This document shows, piece by piece, positions 47,905 through 58,237 of a stretch of 64,000 nt of DNA. The stretch lies in the NCBI GenBank assembly GCA_034521595.1, contig JAXHMG010000003.1:2112001-2176000 (forward strand). The letters run 5' to 3'. The DNA comes from Gemmatimonadota bacterium. Its GTDB lineage: Bacteria > Gemmatimonadota > Gemmatimonadetes > Longimicrobiales > Gaopeijiaceae. Below the pieces are notes generated by a model, which did no database searches, was not told the DNA's origin, and worked only from the letters and a program-made list of their open reading frames with translations. Within the stretch, counting starts at the first letter, position 1. Each line of letters begins with the position of its first letter. Position numbers and translations under genes: made by a program.

Positions 47905-48663
47905 CTACCGCCACGCTTCGAGAACCTCCTGCATGCGGCGGATCTCGATCGTTTGGTCGGCGTCGATCTCGCTGGCGAACAGATAGACGGTCGATTCCTG
48001 GGCGGCACCGGCCGAGTTGTACAGGTCCATGACCATGGTGAGCGCCCCCTGATGGTGTTGGATCATCAGCTCGAGGAAAAGCTGGTCGAACGCACGGCCC
48101 TCGGCGTCCTCGAGACGCTCCATCTGCTCGGGGGTGAGCATGCCGGGCATCATGTCCCCGTGATCCATGTCGGCATGGTCCGCCCCCTGGTGAGCGGCCC
48201 GTCCGGTCTCGGCGACTTGCTGCCAGTCCGGCACCTCGAGATCACGCTCGCGCAGCCAGCGTTCCATGATGCCGATCTCGTCCGCCTGAGAGATCTCCAT
48301 GCGCAGACCCATCTGGTGGACCGCCCGTGTGTCCGTGCGCTCCGGGATGAGCGCCGTCATCGCCAGGGCTTGCGCGTGGTGGGTGATCATGCCCTGCATG
48401 AAGTCCACATCCGCCTGGGTATGCTCGGTTCCTTCCACCTCGTCGAGCGAGGCGCCCTCGTAGGCCCGCGACGGCTCCCCGGGCGCGCCGGCCTGCACGA
48501 CGCGGGGCCCGCCGGAGGGTGTGGCGGGCTCGCCGGCGGACGTCGACGTCGCCGGACCGCCACAGGCCAGAGACGAGAGAAGCACGCCACCGGCCAGCCC
48601 CGCGCGAGTCAGTCGGGCTGCGGTCCGGCGGGCGGAGGACTGTTGGGACTCCTGCTTGATCAC
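47905..48663 (-). CDS. DUF305 ferritin-like lipoprotein
   Basis: Lipobox SLAC, DVDFMQGMITHHAQAL, MIQHHQGAL, Q..EI..M; AGGAGG before GTG. Confidence 0.88.
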   Translation of the reverse strand: MIKQESQQSSARRTAARLTRAGLAGGVLLSSLACGGPATSTSAGEPATPSGGPRVVQAGAPGEPSRAYEGASLDEVEGTEHTQADVDFMQGMITHHAQALAMTALIPERTDTRAVHQMGLRMEISQADEIGIMERWLRERDLEVPDWQQVAETGRAAHQGADHADMDHGDMMPGMLTPEQMERLEDAEGRAFDQLFLELMIQHHQGALTMVMDLYNSAGAAQESTVYLFASEIDADQTIEIRRMQEVLEAWR

Positions 48664-48862
48664 GGCGACCTCCTGCGATGGGCGATGGGGTGACCCATGA
48701 AGATAAGTCGGAACCTCGCCTGACGCAGAATGGACTTTCGTCGAAGCGGGCGACCGGTCGCATGAAGGACTCCCCACCAACGAGTGCACGGAGCGGATCC
48801 CCTCGTGCCACAGGATGTAGAAGGGTTCGAGAGCCTGCAGACCATAGCCGACGGGGTGGGTA

Positions 48863-49771
48863 ATGTCTGACGCCTCGCTCATCTGGTCCCCTCGCTACGA
48901 GGTGGACATCGGCGCGCACGTCTTCCCGACACGCAAGTACCGGCTCGTGCGCGACCGCCTGATCGAGGGCGGCACGGTGGCGCCGGACACCTTCACCGCT
49001 CCCGAACCGGTCGACGACGAGACCCTCGGGCTCGCGCACACGCCGGAGTACCTGCGGAAGATCGCCGAGGACGACTTCTCCACGGCCGAACGGCTGCAGC
49101 TCGAGGTCCCGTTCTCACCCGAGCTCGCCGACGCCATGCGCCTCTGCTGCGGGGGCACGGTGCTCGCCGCTCACCGCGCTTTGGAGCAAGGGGTCGCCGT
49201 CCACCTCGGTGGGGGGTTCCACCATGCGTTCGCCGATCACGGCGAGGGCTTCTGCCTGCTCAACGACATCGCCGTGGCCACCTTGGCCCTCCTCGAGGCC
49301 GGCCCGGCACGTAGGGTGACGGTCGTCGACCTCGACGTGCACCACGGCAACGGGACGGCCGCGATCCTCGCGGGGCACGACCGCGTGACGACCTTCTCCA
49401 TGCACCAGGAGAACAACTATCCGGCGGTCAAGCCACCGTCCGACCTGGACGTCGGGCTGCCGGACCGCATCGAGGACGACGCGTACCTCGACCTCCTCGG
49501 CCGGCACCTCCCCCGCGTGCTCGAGCCCGCGCCCGACCTGATCCTGTACCTCGCCGGGGCGGATCCGTACCGGGAAGACGTCCTGGGAGGTCTCTCGCTC
49601 AGCATGGAGGGGCTCAGGACGCGGGATCGCGTGGTGTTGGAGTCGGCCCACCGGGTGGGCGCGGGCATCGCGGTCACGCTCGCCGGTGGCTACGCCCAGC
49701 ACACCGACGACACGGTCGCGATCCACGCCGCGACGGTGGACGAAGCCGTCAGCGCGGCCTCGCGCGCCTGA
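48863..49771 (+). CDS. Histone deacetylase family protein (AcuC/AphA-like)
   Basis: H.FP..KY, GGGFHHA, GFC, DLDVHHGNG, GAD, GGY. Confidence 0.92.
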   Translation: MSDASLIWSPRYEVDIGAHVFPTRKYRLVRDRLIEGGTVAPDTFTAPEPVDDETLGLAHTPEYLRKIAEDDFSTAERLQLEVPFSPELADAMRLCCGGTVLAAHRALEQGVAVHLGGGFHHAFADHGEGFCLLNDIAVATLALLEAGPARRVTVVDLDVHHGNGTAAILAGHDRVTTFSMHQENNYPAVKPPSDLDVGLPDRIEDDAYLDLLGRHLPRVLEPAPDLILYLAGADPYREDVLGGLSLSMEGLRTRDRVVLESAHRVGAGIAVTLAGGYAQHTDDTVAIHAATVDEAVSAASRA

Positions 49772-49774
49772 GGC

Positions 49775-51190
49775 TCAGGCCGGCACGTGGCTTCCCGGTT
49801 CCGTGCACTCCGACAAGTCGGACGCACTGCCGCCCGGCACCTCTCGCGCGAGGTCACGCAGCGCCCCGCGCAGGCCTTCCTCGAGCACGGGGTGATAGAA
49901 CGGCATCCCGAGCAGCTCGTGCACCGTCAACTCCCGGTGCATCGCGAGCGCCAGGAGGTGGGCCATGTGCTCCGCATCCGGCACGCACATCTCGGCTCCC
50001 GTCAGACGCCCCGAGTCCTTGTCCGCGTAGATCCGCATCAGCCCTTCCGCGCGCTCGGCGGTTCTAGCGCGAGCCTGCTTGGTGAAGTCGGCCGCGCCGA
50101 CCGCGATCGTGTCCGGATCCAGGTCGCTCCACGCCGTGCCCACCCGGGCGACTCCCGGTGACGAGAACACCACGGCCAGCGCGGTGCGCCGGCAATACGC
50201 GGTGGGCGCCTCGGCCGTCGCGTTCCGACCGGCGATGTGCCCCTCGTCGGCCGCTTCATGCAGGATGGCCGCCTGTCCGTTCGCGTCACCCACCAACCAC
50301 ACCGGCAAATCCCCGATCTGCAGGGTCGAGGGGTCGACCGGGGGCATCCCCTTCTCGTCGAGCTCGACCCCGAGCGTGTCGAGGCCGAAGTCGTCGATGT
50401 TCGGCCGGCGCCCCATCGCGGCCAGCACGGCATCCGCCGTGAAGCTTCCCGCGGCGCCGGTGACCGCGATGCCGCCGTCCACCTCGGACAACTCGGCGGG
50501 AGCGCCCAGATGAACGGGGAATTCGCGGCCCAGTGCCTCGCGGAACGCAGCACTCACCTCGGGATCACTCAGCCCGGCCAGCGATTCGAGCGCATCGAAG
50601 CCCGCCACCTCCACCCCCAGCCGCGACAACGCCTGGGCCATCTCCACGCCAACGGCCCCCAGGCCCACGACCGCCACGCGGCCCGGCAGGTCGGGCTGCT
50701 CGAACAAGCTGTCCGTGGTCAAAATCCGGTCACCGAAGCGCGCCCACGCGCCCGGCACCACCGGGCGGCTGCCGGGCGCCAGGATGATCCGACGGGCGGT
50801 GAGCTCGCGTCCCTCCACCACCACGCGATCCGGTCCGAGGAGGCGTGCACGGCCCGACACCGCTCGCTCGCCGAGCTCACCGGGCACGGATTCCGGACCC
50901 TTCACGAACCCGTCACGGAGCCTGCGGACACGCTCCAGAACAGAGGGGATATCGACCGTGACGCTCTCGGCCCCGCCGATCCCGAAGGCCGCGAAATCGT
51001 GCCGGCGGTGGAACGCATTCGCGGCCTCGATCAGGGCTTTCGACGGCATGCAGCCCCGCGCCGCGCAGGTCGTCCCCCAATCCCCTTCGTTGATCACCAG
51101 GAAATCGTCCGTGGCCTTCCGCACTTCCCGCAGTGCCGAGAGCCCGGCGGTACCGGATCCGATGATGATGACGTCCGCGTGGTCTTTCAT
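49775..51190 (-). CDS. Dihydrolipoamide dehydrogenase-like pyridine nucleotide-disulfide oxidoreductase
   Basis: GSGTAG, GTTCAARGCMPSK, GLGAVG, GRRPN, YHPVLEE. Confidence 0.9.
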   Translation of the reverse strand: MKDHADVIIIGSGTAGLSALREVRKATDDFLVINEGDWGTTCAARGCMPSKALIEAANAFHRRHDFAAFGIGGAESVTVDIPSVLERVRRLRDGFVKGPESVPGELGERAVSGRARLLGPDRVVVEGRELTARRIILAPGSRPVVPGAWARFGDRILTTDSLFEQPDLPGRVAVVGLGAVGVEMAQALSRLGVEVAGFDALESLAGLSDPEVSAAFREALGREFPVHLGAPAELSEVDGGIAVTGAAGSFTADAVLAAMGRRPNIDDFGLDTLGVELDEKGMPPVDPSTLQIGDLPVWLVGDANGQAAILHEAADEGHIAGRNATAEAPTAYCRRTALAVVFSSPGVARVGTAWSDLDPDTIAVGAADFTKQARARTAERAEGLMRIYADKDSGRLTGAEMCVPDAEHMAHLLALAMHRELTVHELLGMPFYHPVLEEGLRGALRDLAREVPGGSASDLSECTEPGSHVPA

Positions 51191-51330
51191 GGCTCGAACA
51201 CAGCTCCCTTGGTAATCGGTGCTTCAAAAGCTTCTGCGCGCCGGCCCGCCGGCCTGCCCGCGTTGTCGCCCCACAAGTCCTCTTTTAGCTTGCACTTGAG
51301 CTGTTTCCATCTGCAAGGGATAGCCTCGGG

Positions 51331-52954
51331 ATGGATGAACAATCCCACGAGCCGGAAGAGCCGGAACGCAGCAAAATAGAGGGTGAGACCGTCTACCTGA
51401 CGGCTCAGCTCGAGACGCGGACCCGTTTCGAGATCCGCCCACAGGTGTTCGTCCCGGCCGCGTTCATCGTCGTGGTCTTCGCTCTCCTCGGAGCGGTGTT
51501 TCCCGATACGCTCGCCGAGGCGTTCGCGGCGCTCCAGGGATCGATCGTCGAGGGGCTCGGTTGGTTCTACAAGCTGGCCGTGAGCGTCTTCCTCGTGTTC
51601 GTCGTCTGGCTCGCGTTGAGCCGCCACGGCAAGAAGCGACTGGGGCCCGACGACGCACGTCCCGATTTCGGCGTGTTCTCGTGGTTCGCGATGCTCTTCA
51701 GCGCGGGCATGGGCATCGGTCTCCTCTTCTTCAGCGTCGCCGAGCCGATCTCTCACTTCGGGGTCAGCCCGCCTCCCGGAGCGCCGGCCGAAGCCGGTAC
51801 GCCGGAAGCCGCCCAGCACGCGATGACCATCACGTTCTTCCACTGGGGTCTCCACGCGTGGGCGATCTACATCGTGGTCGGTCTCGCACTCTGCTACTTC
51901 GCGTACCGACGCGGGCTGCCCCTCGCGCTGCGTTCCGCCTTCCACCCGCTCCTGGGCGACCGCATCTACGGTTGGGGCGGCGACGCGATCGACGTGCTGG
52001 CCATCGTCGGCACCCTCTTCGGCGTGGCGACCTCGCTCGGCATCGGAGCCATCCAGATCAGCGCCGGAATCGGGTTCCTCTCCGGAATCGAAGCGGGGCT
52101 CGGATGGCAGCTCAGCCTGGTCGCCGTCATCACGGTCATCGCCACCGGCTCGGTCGTGTCCGGGCTCGATCGGGGCATCCGTCGCTTGAGCCTGCTCAAC
52201 GTGGTGCTCTCCGGGCTGCTCACGCTCTTCGTGCTGGTGGCGGGCCCGACCGTGTTCATCCTGGACGGGCTCGTGCACAGCCTGGGAGACTACGCGGTGC
52301 AGGTCGCCGGGCTCTCCCTCGAGACCTACCCGTTCGCCACCGGCGATTGGGAGGCGCTCTGGACGCTCTTCTACTGGGGATGGTGGGTCTCGTGGTCTCC
52401 GTTCGTGGGGATGTTCATCGCACGGATCTCGCGCGGCCGCACGATCCGCGAGTTCATCACCGGCGTGCTCCTGGCGCCGACGGTGGTCACGTTCATCTTC
52501 CTGGCGGTGTTCGGGTGGGCCGCCTTCGACGCCGACATGGCGGGCTCCGGGAGCATCACGGCCGCCGTGGAAGCCAACCCCGACGTGGCGCTCTTCGCGC
52601 TCCTCGACGGTCTGCCCGATCGCCGAGCTCACCTCCCTGCTCGCGATCTTCGCCATCACGGTCTTCTTCGTCACGTCGTCGGACTCCGGATCCCTCGTCG
52701 ACGACATCCACGCTTCAGGGGGCAACGTGGAGCCGCATCAAGCGACTCGCATCTTCTGGGCGCTCATGGAAGGGGCCGTGGCCGCCACCCTCCTGGCCGC
52801 CGGAGGGGCGACCGGTCTCGACGCACTCCAGCAAGCGTCCATCGCGACCGGGGTGCCGCTGGCCATCCTCATTCTGGGCGCGTGTTGGGCGCTGGTGCGC
52901 GCGTTCCGGCTGGAGGAGGAGGATCCTTCATTGATCGTGGCGTCGGACGATTGA
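51331..52954 (+). pseudogene. BCCT family transporter (BetT/BetP-like), frameshifted
   Basis: WFAMLFSAGMGIG, FFHWG.HAW, WT.FYWGWW..WSPFVG.FIARISRGRT; C-terminal TMs (FFVTSSDSGSLV, RIFWA) resume in another frame after CTGCCCGATC near 52615. Confidence 0.85.
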
Positions 52955-52967
52955 GGGCGGCCCCATA

Positions 52968-54665
52968 TCACCGCTGGTCGACGTGCAACGCTTTGAGACG
53001 CTCGATCCCCTCCGCCGTCCACCCCGGCGGATCCGTCACCTCGAGCCACGCATCGATGTAGTCCTCGAACGCGTAAACGTGGCCGTAGCCCGGAGGGGCC
53101 GTGTCGCCGACGGCCAGGTCGGCGGCGAGCTGCATCATCGTCACGACCGGATACCACCGGAGCTCCTCGGCGATTTCCGGCCCCCGGGGCTCCTCCATCC
53201 ATTCGGGCGTCCGGTACAACGCCGCGGGCTCGAAGAAGGTGATCGGGTCACTCGCGTACTGGAGGTAGAGCATCCGGACCGGGCCCCACTCGGCGGCGGG
53301 CGGGCTCGACGTACCGTTCTGATTCATGAAGCGGACGATGGAGCCGTCACGGAACCGGGGGAGCCAGGCGGGTGAAGCGGGATCGCGCTGCCGCGTGAGC
53401 GACCGCCACGTCTCGCTCCGAAAGGGCGGTCCGGTCCAGAGGGCGCCGTCGAACGGATCGGCGATGATGTCGTAAAAGTCGGTGGCCTGCTGGGAGTTGA
53501 GCGCCCCGAGGCTCAGCCCGTGCAGGTAGAGCTCCGGACGGTCGTCGGCGGGCAGCTCCGTCCAGCGGCTGTACACGGCATCGAACAGGGCGTCGGCCGT
53601 GTCGGCGCCGTACTGCGGCTCCACGAGGAGCGACAGCCAGCTCGGCAGGTACGAGTACTGCACGGCCACGCTCGCGACGTCGCCCCGGTGAAGGTATTCG
53701 ACGGCGCTCATCGCCTTGGGATCGACCCAACCCGTACCGGTGGGGGTGACCACGATCAAAACCGAGCGCTCGAAGGCACCCACCCGCTCGAGCTCCTGCA
53801 AGGCGAGCGCCACCCGCTCCTCGATCGTCTCCGCGGCGTTCAGGCCCACGTAGACGCGGAGCGGCTCCGCGGTCTGATTTCCGTCGAAGAACGCGTCCAG
53901 GTCTTCGGAGCGCGGCCCCGACGACACGAAGTCGCGCCCGGTTCGACCCAGGCTCCTCCAATCGACCAGCGATGCCGCGCTTCCCGTGCGCATGGGCTCG
54001 GTCGGCGGCTCGAGGTCCGTCTCCATGGCAGCGTCCACCCGCTGGAACGACCGGTCGGCCGCCTCCAACGCGTAGCGGAAGAACACGCCGTCCAGCACGG
54101 ACCAGAAGACGGCCACGGCCAGAACGAGACCCACGAGGTTCGCGACCCGCCTCGGCACTCCTCGACCCAAGCGCCCGGACACGAACCGGAAGGTGAGGTG
54201 GAAGAGGCGCGCCAACGCGAGGGCGACGCTGAAGAGCAAGACCGCGATGCCTCCAACGCGGACCGGCCGTCTCGTGTCGACGGGCTCGAGCTCCATGAGC
54301 CGCCGAATCGAGTTCTGCCACTCGGACGCCTGCCACAGGAACACCAGCGCGGTTGCCACGGATACGCCCGCGGCGCACCAGAGGATGATCCGCTGCGTGC
54401 GCGGCGCCGGCAATGGGAGCTCCAGGTACGACCAGACCCATCGGTACACCACCCCGATGCCGTACCCGCTCGCCAACGCCAACCCCGACACGATCCCCTG
54501 CATTGCCCAGTCCCTGGGGAGCAGGCTCGGGCTGAGGGACGCCGCGAAGAGGAGCGTGCCCGTCAGGAGACCGGGCGTGGAGAGCGACGCCGTGAAGCGC
54601 CGCGCCCACTCGGGGGCGCCCGCCGCCGCGTTCCGCACACTCCGTTTCAAGGGCTCCGTGGCCAT
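52968..54665 (-). CDS. Membrane-anchored alpha/beta hydrolase (Abhydrolase_9-like)
   Basis: SLSPSLLPR, PTGTGWVD, QYSYLPSW, GLSLG nucleophile elbow, SDPI, GYGH. Confidence 0.88.
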   Translation of the reverse strand: MATEPLKRSVRNAAAGAPEWARRFTASLSTPGLLTGTLLFAASLSPSLLPRDWAMQGIVSGLALASGYGIGVVYRWVWSYLELPLPAPRTQRIILWCAAGVSVATALVFLWQASEWQNSIRRLMELEPVDTRRPVRVGGIAVLLFSVALALARLFHLTFRFVSGRLGRGVPRRVANLVGLVLAVAVFWSVLDGVFFRYALEAADRSFQRVDAAMETDLEPPTEPMRTGSAASLVDWRSLGRTGRDFVSSGPRSEDLDAFFDGNQTAEPLRVYVGLNAAETIEERVALALQELERVGAFERSVLIVVTPTGTGWVDPKAMSAVEYLHRGDVASVAVQYSYLPSWLSLLVEPQYGADTADALFDAVYSRWTELPADDRPELYLHGLSLGALNSQQATDFYDIIADPFDGALWTGPPFRSETWRSLTRQRDPASPAWLPRFRDGSIVRFMNQNGTSSPPAAEWGPVRMLYLQYASDPITFFEPAALYRTPEWMEEPRGPEIAEELRWYPVVTMMQLAADLAVGDTAPPGYGHVYAFEDYIDAWLEVTDPPGWTAEGIERLKALHVDQR

Positions 54666-54723
54666 GGACTCAGGGGGCCCCGCAATGTCGGAAGAGCCGG
54701 GGCGGATGTCACGTCGGAACTGG

Positions 54724-54942
54724 TCAGTGCCAGTGATCGTGCACCGGCGACCATACGGCTCCGGGCCACGGCGGCTCTCCCGGTCCCGAATCGCCTCCCA
54801 GAACCGTCACCCCGACGACGACCAGGACGATCGCGGCGGCGATGGCCAGGATGAACATGACGGCCGGATTCGTCCGCTGGCGGGCCCGCTCCTCCCGCTC
54901 CTTCTCCTGGCGCTTCTTCCGATGTTGCTTCTTCGACGACAT
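54724..54942 (-). CDS. Small single-TM protein with a His/Trp-rich C-terminus
   Basis: Basic N-terminus, one TM helix, PPWPGAVWSPVHDHWH tail. Confidence 0.7.
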   Translation of the reverse strand: MSSKKQHRKKRQEKEREERARQRTNPAVMFILAIAAAIVLVVVGVTVLGGDSGPGEPPWPGAVWSPVHDHWH

Positions 54943-55135
54943 GGCTCATCCGTATTCATCGATTCGGGCTTCCCGAGGTTGAATTACGCCAGGAGTCGGG
55001 GTAGCGCAACCAAACGTCCGGATCCTCGAGGGCTTGAACACTACGGCTCGAATCCTTCCGTTCAAGGGTCGGACCGTCCGAAGCCCGAGGTCGATCCCGG
55101 TCCGGGATTGCTCACGCAGGATAAGGAGCGCCACG

Positions 55136-56155
55136 GTGTCCTCTTCCTCCCCAGCCCCCCGCTCGCTCCAGGACCGCTTCCGCGGCGCGCTTCTGGGCAC
55201 GCTCGCGGGCGACGCTCTGGGCATGCCCGTCGAAGGGTGGCCCGCCGAGGAGATCCGCCGAGAGCTGGGCGAGGTGCGGGAGATGCTCCCGGCCCGCCTC
55301 GGTGCCGGAACCTTCACCGACGACACGCAGATGTGCTGCGCGCTCGCCGAAGCGCTCGTCGAGAGCGAAGACCCCGCCCGCCCCGACCTCGACTTGATCG
55401 CTCGCCGCTTCGCCGAGCGGTTCGATCCCGAGCGTGGTTACGGGGGCAACACGGCCAAGCTTCTCACGGCCATCCGGGCGGGCGCACCGTGGCGGGAGGT
55501 CGTGGCGGAGCACCGGCTCCCGGGCGGCTCCTTCGCGAACGGGGCCGCGATGCGGGTGGCGCCCGCGGCGCTCGCGTGCTATCCCGACGCCGAGGCGGTC
55601 GTGCGGCTGGCGGAGCTTCAAGCCGAGGTCACCGGGCACGAGCATCCCGAAGGTCGGTTCGGGGCCCGCCTTCAGGCGGCCGGCGTCCTCACGTGCCTCG
55701 GCTCGGCGTCCGACGCGAACGCGGGCGCCCCGTCCGCCTCGGAGATCCTGGAGGTCGCGTCCACGGGATGGGACGGCGGGATCCCGGCGCCGTTCCCGGA
55801 CTGTATCGCCTGGATCGGGGCACACCCGGACGCGGCACCCGAAGCCGCGGCCCGAGCGCTGGGGACCAGCGTCCGGGCGAGCGAAGCCGTCCCGGCGGCC
55901 CTTCACGCGTTCCTCGCGCACCCGGACGACGCCGAGGAAGCGACCGTGACCGCGGTCGCGATGGGCGGCGACACCGACACCATCGGCGCCATGGCGGGCG
56001 CGCTGGCGGGTGCCCGCAACGGGGCCGCGAGCCTTCCTCCCCGGTGGATGGACGTCCTGGAGGACGGGCCGTGCGGCAAGGACGGACTGACCGAGCTCGC
56101 GGACCGATTCTACCGACGGAACCACGCCGCCCGTTCGGGTCCCGACACCCGCTGA
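55136..56155 (+). CDS. ADP-ribosylglycohydrolase (DraG/ARH family)
   Basis: GDALGMPVE, TDDT, SFANGAAMR, GGDTDT; TAAGGAG before GTG. Confidence 0.92.
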   Translation: MSSSSPAPRSLQDRFRGALLGTLAGDALGMPVEGWPAEEIRRELGEVREMLPARLGAGTFTDDTQMCCALAEALVESEDPARPDLDLIARRFAERFDPERGYGGNTAKLLTAIRAGAPWREVVAEHRLPGGSFANGAAMRVAPAALACYPDAEAVVRLAELQAEVTGHEHPEGRFGARLQAAGVLTCLGSASDANAGAPSASEILEVASTGWDGGIPAPFPDCIAWIGAHPDAAPEAAARALGTSVRASEAVPAALHAFLAHPDDAEEATVTAVAMGGDTDTIGAMAGALAGARNGAASLPPRWMDVLEDGPCGKDGLTELADRFYRRNHAARSGPDTR

Positions 56156-56192
56156 CGCGTTGGAAGGCGAGGCTCGAGCCGAGCGCGGGCCG

Positions 56193-56426
56193 TCACCGGT
56201 ACGTCAGCACCTGCAAGCCATCGACTCGTTCGAAGTCCTTCGCATTCGCGGTCACGAGAGGTAGGTCGTGGCGAAGGCTGGCGGCGGCGATCCACAGATC
56301 GTTCGCTCCGATCAGCCGTCCTTCACCCCGCAGCATTCTGGCGGTGCGCCCGTATGTGAGAGCCGTGCGCTCGAGCCTTCGGATCGCTTCACGACGGACG
56401 GGGGTAGCAAGCCGCCAGCGCATCAC
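56193..56426 (-). pseudogene. C-terminal fragment of a VapC/PIN toxin
   Basis: YG....LR..G.LIGANDLWIAA..L..DLPLVT.N.KDF.RV.GL; N-terminal DT motif and antitoxin absent. Confidence 0.75.
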
Positions 56427-56473
56427 GCGACGGCGGCGCCCGTAGACCAGCCACGAAACCGAGAGACGACGAC

Positions 56474-57688
56474 ATGGATCACCTCCGCTCCCTCCTCTCC
56501 ATCCTCGTGCCGACCCTCGTGTTGGCCTTCGCCACGCTCCCCGCGCCGCTCACCGCGCAGTTCCGCGAGACCGTGGAGATCGAGCCCGGAGAGCGCTGCC
56601 CGACGGGCATGACCGAGATCCGCCCGCAGCGGTGCATGGCCCCGGAGTTCGAGCCGCCCTTCATCACGGACTATCACCCCCGCTCCATGCTGGTGACCGA
56701 GGAGACGGCCACGCCCAGGGCGAAGTTTCCGGTCGTCGATGTCCACGGCCACACGCGCGGCTTCGCGGGGGGCGTGAGCACACTGAACGAGATGATCGGC
56801 CACCTCGACGACCTCAACATCCAGGTCTACATCTCCGCCGACAACGTTACCGGCGACCGGCTCCGGCAGGCGCTCGACGCCATCGAAGCCAGCCCGCACT
56901 CCGAGCGCTTCCGGGTCATGGCCGGCATCGAATTCGACGGTGTGGGCACGCCGGGCTGGGCAGAGCGCGCAGCGCGACAGCTCGACGAAGACCTCTCGGC
57001 CGGCGCGGTCGCTCTCGGGGAAGTCTCCAAGAGCTTCGGTATGACCCTTCGCAAGGCCGACGGCAGCCGGCTACGCGTCGACGATCCGGAACTCGACCCG
57101 ATCTGGGAGACGGTCGCCCGACACGACGTTCCGGCGTTCATCCACACGGCGGAGCCGCCGGCGTTCTTCGAGCCACTCGACCTCGAGAACGAGCGTTGGC
57201 TCGAGCTGGCGCTCTTCCCGAACCGACGCAAATACGGGCCCGACAACGTCTCCTTCGAGCAGCTCATGGAGGAGCGGAACAACCTCTTCCGGCGGCATCC
57301 GGAGACCACCTTCATCGCCGCGCACTTCGGCTGGCACGGCAACGACCTCGAGCGCGCCGGCGCGCTCCTCGACGAGTTCCCGAACGTCTACTACGAGGTC
57401 GGCGCGGTCCTCTACGAGTTCGGCCGCCAGCCCCGCGCCGCGCGCGAGTTCTTCATCGAGTACCAGGACCGGATCCTCTTCGGCAAGGACAGCTTCCAGC
57501 CCTCGGAGTATCCCTACTTCTACCGCGTCTTCGAGACGACGGACGAGTACTTCGACTACTACCGTGACTACCACGCGTTCTGGAAGATGTACGGGATGAA
57601 CCTGCCCGACGACGTGCTGCGGAAGCTCTACTACGAGAACGCGCTCCGTCTCATGGACGGGCTTCCGCGGGAGGGGTTTCCGGAGTGA
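56474..57688 (+). CDS. Secreted amidohydrolase family protein
   Basis: Signal peptide, VDVHGH, FIHTAEP, AAHFG, DRILFGKD, KLYYENA. Confidence 0.88.
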   Translation: MDHLRSLLSILVPTLVLAFATLPAPLTAQFRETVEIEPGERCPTGMTEIRPQRCMAPEFEPPFITDYHPRSMLVTEETATPRAKFPVVDVHGHTRGFAGGVSTLNEMIGHLDDLNIQVYISADNVTGDRLRQALDAIEASPHSERFRVMAGIEFDGVGTPGWAERAARQLDEDLSAGAVALGEVSKSFGMTLRKADGSRLRVDDPELDPIWETVARHDVPAFIHTAEPPAFFEPLDLENERWLELALFPNRRKYGPDNVSFEQLMEERNNLFRRHPETTFIAAHFGWHGNDLERAGALLDEFPNVYYEVGAVLYEFGRQPRAAREFFIEYQDRILFGKDSFQPSEYPYFYRVFETTDEYFDYYRDYHAFWKMYGMNLPDDVLRKLYYENALRLMDGLPREGFPE

Positions 57689-57789
57689 GGTGACACGGCC
57701 GGAGGCGCCGTGATGATCGAGCACCGCGAACGTGCACCCGGACTCCCAGCGGATCCTTTCGACCCCGACGATCCGTAGTCTCGTCGCTC

Positions 57790-58216
57790 CTATCGCCCCT
57801 CCACCAACCGCCCCCGTCGGTACTCGACGGACCGGCGCAGCTTGATGAGCCGCCTTTCGTCGAACGGCAGGTCGGCGAGCCCATCGATCCACGAGTCGAC
57901 CCGGTGGCACAGCTCGTCGAGGGCGCGGGACACGGCCCTGGGCTTCAGACCCACGGCGGCGCCCAGCGCAAGGAAGTCGCGGCGGCCGATGTCCTCCCTG
58001 GTGCGTTCGTTGATGGGGAGCGCCATCGTCGTATCGCCGTACGGGTATGACGAGGGAAGGTCGTACGCGGGCGCGAACGGGTTGCGCGCGACAGGCCCCG
58101 CTCAACGCGCCGACGACCTCTTCCGTGCTGACCCGGTACTTGTCGGCGGGGTAGCGGCCGAGCACCTGGCAACCGTCCTCTTGCGCCAGAGGCACGACCT
58201 GAAATGATGGGTGCAT
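57790..58216 (-). pseudogene. hipA: HipA-like toxin remnant with internal deletion
   Basis: QEDGCQVLG...ADKY in one frame, then FAPAYDL...MAL in another; catalytic D.H.KN segment missing. Confidence 0.75.
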
Positions 58217-58237
58217 GGGGCCAACACAAGACTGATA

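Noticed and set aside
54193..56445. 750-aa plus-strand ORF spanning several genes
   Set aside because: Arg/Pro/Gly-rich off-frame translation overlapping better-supported genes
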